DNA of 18,782 nucleotides from Candidatus Saccharimonadota bacterium (lineage in GTDB: Bacteria; Pseudomonadota; Gammaproteobacteria; Enterobacterales; Enterobacteriaceae): positions 303,751 through 322,532 of the forward strand of contig NZ_CP046218.1 in the NCBI RefSeq assembly GCF_012571345.1, read 5' to 3'. The position numbers and the translations under genes are program-made. Below, in pieces: positions 15,537-18,782 of this stretch; positions within the stretch are counted from its first letter, which is position 1, and each line of letters begins with the position of its first letter. The notes under the pieces were generated by a model, which searched no databases, was not told where the DNA came from, and saw only the letters and a list, made by a program, of their open reading frames with translations.

Positions 15537-17867
15537 TTATTTACGGTTTTCTATTTTTAGAAATGATTCTATTTTATCTTGTATTTTTATGGTATTAAAA
15601 TTTTTTATAATAATACCACATTCCATATTTATACTTACTTCCGCAACGCTATCTTTAAATCTTCTTAATGATTCTATGGTAGTTTCATAAATTATTTTGT
15701 CATTACGTATAACACGTATATTATGATGTTGTTTTAAAAATCCATGTTTAACAGTACAGCCAGCAATAACACCAATATGTGGGATAGTAAAAATATTTTT
15801 TACTTCTGCCATGCCTAAGATCTGATATGTATATGTAGGTGTAACAAATGAATTAACAAAATTTTTAAAATTATCAATTAAGTGATAAATAACTGTAAAA
15901 ATACGCACATTAATATTGTTAGATATCATAATACGTTTAGCCGTACTATTTATTTTAACATTAAAACCTATCACAAAAATATTATGAGTTGTAGAAGCTA
16001 ATATAACATCTGTTTCTGTAATATTGCCTACACCAGTATGGATAATTTTAATACTACAATTTTTTTGTATTATTTGCATCAATGCATTTTTTATAATGTC
16101 TATAGATCCTTGAGTATAACATTTTAATAATACATGTATTTTGTGTATATGTTTTTGATTTAAATCAATAAATTTATTTTTAAAATTTTTTTGTTGTATG
16201 GCAATTTTTTTATTACGTAATTGATCTTTTCTATAAGACACTATACTTCTTATTTTTTTTTCATTCGTAATAACTATAAAAGTATCACCAGCATAAGGTA
16301 TATGTGATAAACCAACGATTTCTACTGCAGAAGAAGGTTCAGCTGTCAGTAATAATGTTCCTTGACAATTTTTTAAAATTTTTATTTTACCATAAGTTGT
16401 GCCACATAATATCATATCTCCTTTTTTTAAAGTACCTTCTTGGACTATAATATTTGCTATGGGTCCTCTACTTTTATCTAAATAAGATTCAATTACAATA
16501 CCTTTCGCAATTCCTTGGAATCTTGATTTTAATTCTAACATTTCTGCTTGCAACAAGATTGCATCTAATAATTTATTAACTCCTATCCCAGTTTTAGCAG
16601 ATAATGAGACAAATATATTATTACCACCCCATTGATCTGAAATAATATTATATTGACTAAGATCATTTTTAATTTTTTCTATATTAAATATGTTTTTATC
16701 AATTTTATTAATTCCTACTATGATGGGTACATTATATTCTTGTGCATATTTAATAATTTCAATAGTTTGAGGCATAATACCATCATCAATAGCTATAACC
16801 AATATAATAATATCTGTAATACTAACTCCACGTGATCTCATTAAAGAGAATGATTCATGTCCTGGAGTATCAATAAAAGTAATATTTTTATTTTTATGTG
16901 TAACTTGATAAGCATTGATGTTTTGTGTAATGCCACCAGATTCTTTTAATTGTATTTTTGTCGATAATATATAATCTAATAATGATGTTTTTCCATGATC
17001 AACATGTCCCATAAGAGTAACTATAGGATTGCGTTCTTGTAATTTAATATTTATATTTTCTGTATTAAGTAATGAGCTTTCTAATATATTTTTATGTCGT
17101 ATAATTACTCGATGTCCCATATTTTGCACAATTAATTGTGCTGTTTTTAGATCTAATAATTTGTTATTGGGACATAGTATACCTATACTCATCATATTTT
17201 TAGTCACTATAGCACTCTTGATTGCCATTTTATCTGCTAATTCTTGTATACTAATATGTTTATTAGCATAGAGAATAATATCACGAATAATATTTTTATT
17301 GGGTTTGGTAAAGGCTTGTTGTAATTTATTTATATGGTGTTGAGGATGTTTTTTTTTCTTTACAACAGGTATTACATTGTTTTTAATGTATATATCAGAT
17401 ATTGTTTTCTGTAAATTATTTATTTTATAATTTTGTTTTATAGAAAATTTATTTCTTATATGTGTGTTTTTTTTACCATTTTTATTATATATAATAGTTT
17501 TTTTTTTTTTTTCATTAGTAATATTAGATACTTTTTTAAATGGTTTCTTAATTATTTTTTTAAATTTAATATTATTAACTATTTTTTTTTCATTGTTATA
17601 TAAATTGTTATTAGATAATATGTTTTTTTGATGAATATTACTTGTATTGTTTTTTCTTTTCGTATCAATTTTTATATGGCTATATTTTGTATTAATAAAT
17701 AATTTTTGTTTCACTAAATAATGTACTAATTTTTGTTTTTCTTGTATAGTGATATGATCATTAATATTTTTAATAATGCCAATTTCTAAAAAATATTTTA
17801 TAATTTTTTGTATAGACATATTCATTTCTAAAGCTATATTATTTACAGTAATATCCATTAAATCCAT
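15537..17867 (-). CDS. infB: Translation initiation factor IF-2
   Basis: 776-aa ORF with ATG at 17865-17867 and a TAA stop. GAGGT (17877-17881) lies 9 nt upstream of the start. The G-domain motifs 'GHVDHGKTSLLD', 'DTPGHESF' and 'NKID' are present. A long Lys/Asn-rich low-complexity N-terminal region spans about residues 60-200. Confidence 0.97.
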   Translation of the reverse strand: MDLMDITVNNIALEMNMSIQKIIKYFLEIGIIKNINDHITIQEKQKLVHYLVKQKLFINTKYSHIKIDTKRKNNTSNIHQKNILSNNNLYNNEKKIVNNIKFKKIIKKPFKKVSNITNEKKKKTIIYNKNGKKNTHIRNKFSIKQNYKINNLQKTISDIYIKNNVIPVVKKKKHPQHHINKLQQAFTKPNKNIIRDIILYANKHISIQELADKMAIKSAIVTKNMMSIGILCPNNKLLDLKTAQLIVQNMGHRVIIRHKNILESSLLNTENINIKLQERNPIVTLMGHVDHGKTSLLDYILSTKIQLKESGGITQNINAYQVTHKNKNITFIDTPGHESFSLMRSRGVSITDIIILVIAIDDGIMPQTIEIIKYAQEYNVPIIVGINKIDKNIFNIEKIKNDLSQYNIISDQWGGNNIFVSLSAKTGIGVNKLLDAILLQAEMLELKSRFQGIAKGIVIESYLDKSRGPIANIIVQEGTLKKGDMILCGTTYGKIKILKNCQGTLLLTAEPSSAVEIVGLSHIPYAGDTFIVITNEKKIRSIVSYRKDQLRNKKIAIQQKNFKNKFIDLNQKHIHKIHVLLKCYTQGSIDIIKNALMQIIQKNCSIKIIHTGVGNITETDVILASTTHNIFVIGFNVKINSTAKRIMISNNINVRIFTVIYHLIDNFKNFVNSFVTPTYTYQILGMAEVKNIFTIPHIGVIAGCTVKHGFLKQHHNIRVIRNDKIIYETTIESLRRFKDSVAEVSINMECGIIIKNFNTIKIQDKIESFLKIENRK
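17498..17512 (-). repeat. A15 homopolymer inside the infB coding sequence (T15 on the plus strand)
   Basis: Counted directly: g17497, then t17498-t17512, then c17513. On the coding strand this reads gaa aaa aaa aaa aaa act = E-K-K-K-K-T, in frame with the rest of IF-2. Confidence 0.95.
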
Positions 17868-17910
17868 ATTTAGTTTACCTCATTCATATATATAATATTA
17901 TGTATCATAG

Positions 17911-18782
17911 TTATGGTTTTTTTTTAAACCAACAAATATTACGTGCAGACATAATTAAATCACCTGCTTTTTTTGTATTTAAAATTTTAATATCAGAAAG
18001 ATCTTCAATACTTTGTTCTGCTAATTGTTCGATAGTTCTAATACCTTTATGAATTAATAATTCACATATTTTATTATTCATATTTTTTATTTGAAGAAAA
18101 TTATTTACTATTTGTGTGCTATTATTTGTTTTATTAGTTGTTATATTATAATATTTGTTTTTCACATAATTTTGCATGTTTTGAAAACATATTTTACTAA
18201 TACTAAATTTAGTAGTAATATCATTAATTTTATTTAATGGGTGAAATATAATTGCTTCCAAAGAAGATAAATGTTCTTCTTGTACTAATTTCCATGCGCA
18301 ATCTTTGTTAATTTTTAAATGTTCCATAAAAATTTTTATTAATGTATTATTTTTTTTATTATATTTAATAATAAAATTTTCTTGAGTCATAATATTTAAT
18401 TCCCAACCACTTAATTGTGATGCTAAACGAATATTTTGTCCATTTCTGCCAATTGCTTGCGCTAAATTTTTTTCATTAACAGCAATATCAATTTTATGAT
18501 TATAATCATTTACAACTATTGAAGAAATTTCTGCTGGTAACATTGCATTAATAATAAATTTTTTTATATCTTTATTCCAAAGAATAATATCTATTTTTTC
18601 ACCATTTAATTCATTTGATATGGCTTGCACTCTAGCGCCTCTTATTCCAACACAAGCACCAATTGGATCAATCCTATGATCAAGCGTGTGTACAGCTATT
18701 TTCGATCTTAAACCAGGATCCCTAGCAGCAGATTTTATTACTATCAATCCTTCTTTAATCTCTGGTACTTCTATACGAAATA
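17911..18782 (-). CDS. nusA: Transcription termination/antitermination factor NusA (5'-truncated by the window edge)
   Basis: TAA stop at 17911-17913. The frame stays open to the window end. Codons above the tracked ORF read ..[23 protein letters not shown], matching E. coli '..EVPEIGEEVIEIKAAARDPG'. The KH domains '[14 protein letters not shown]' and '[22 protein letters not shown]' are present, as is the C-terminal 'ARNICWF'. The TTG at 18745-18747 in the ORF track is an internal Leu codon, not the start. Confidence 0.95.
   Translation of the reverse strand, partial: FRIEVPEIKEGLIVIKSAARDPGLRSKIAVHTLDHRIDPIGACVGIRGARVQAISNELNGEKIDIILWNKDIKKFIINAMLPAEISSIVVNDYNHKIDIAVNEKNLAQAIGRNGQNIRLASQLSGWELNIMTQENFIIKYNKKNNTLIKIFMEHLKINKDCAWKLVQEEHLSSLEAIIFHPLNKINDITTKFSISKICFQNMQNYVKNKYYNITTNKTNNSTQIVNNFLQIKNMNNKICELLIHKGIRTIEQLAEQSIEDLSDIKILNTKKAGDLIMSARNICWFKKKP

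Noticed and set aside
1-18782. Searched the whole window for a novel system: defence or toxin-antitoxin modules, CRISPR repeats, IS/transposase or integrase remnants, phage genes, long direct repeats, or unassigned ORFs.
   Set aside because: Every ORF over 100 aa that is not antisense noise has a clear housekeeping identity and conserved synteny. Non-coding DNA totals only about 1 kb, in short spacers. I saw no spaced repeat arrays or mobile-element signatures. Calling a novel system here would be invention.
103-18782. Possible genetic-code change (UGA read as Trp), as seen in some tiny symbiont genomes.
   Set aside because: All 15 genes are full-length under the standard code, and the conserved Trp positions I checked (for example in LeuRS, GlnRS and Pgi motifs) are encoded by TGG. 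The stops are TAA (14 genes) and TAG (truB). Nothing suggests a reassignment.

Overview
This 18.8-kb window is a very AT-rich core-genome segment, roughly 20-25% G+C by eye (not computed). It looks like a reduced-genome gammaproteobacterial insect endosymbiont (Buchnera/Wigglesworthia/Blochmannia-like); I cannot name the species from sequence alone. It is almost fully coding, with 15 intact housekeeping genes: leuS, ybeY, miaB, glnS, fldA, ybfF, pgi, deaD, pnp, rpsO, truB, rbfA, infB and nusA (the last is 5'-truncated by the window edge). There is also a three-gene tRNA cluster, Met-Leu-Gln, which stands out as a G+C-rich island. The gene order reads as three E. coli-type syntenic blocks fused together, with the dispensable genes between them deleted. 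I found no CRISPR array, mobile element, defence or toxin module, pseudogene, or unexplained large ORF. I therefore do not think the window holds a novel multi-gene system. The observations worth a second look are all signs of genome erosion. (1) The Thr-rich motif of the LeuRS CP1 editing site appears degenerate. (2) infB carries an in-frame A15 tract, and other essential genes carry A10-A11 tracts. (3) None of the tRNA genes encodes a 3' CCA. (4) A 42-nt near-perfect palindrome sits in the pnp-deaD spacer, where nlpI lies in E. coli. (5) The rpsO-pnp regulatory spacer is only 63 nt, yet the unusual TTG start of pnp is retained. All homology statements rest on my recollection of E. coli K-12 proteins and motifs, not on a database search.
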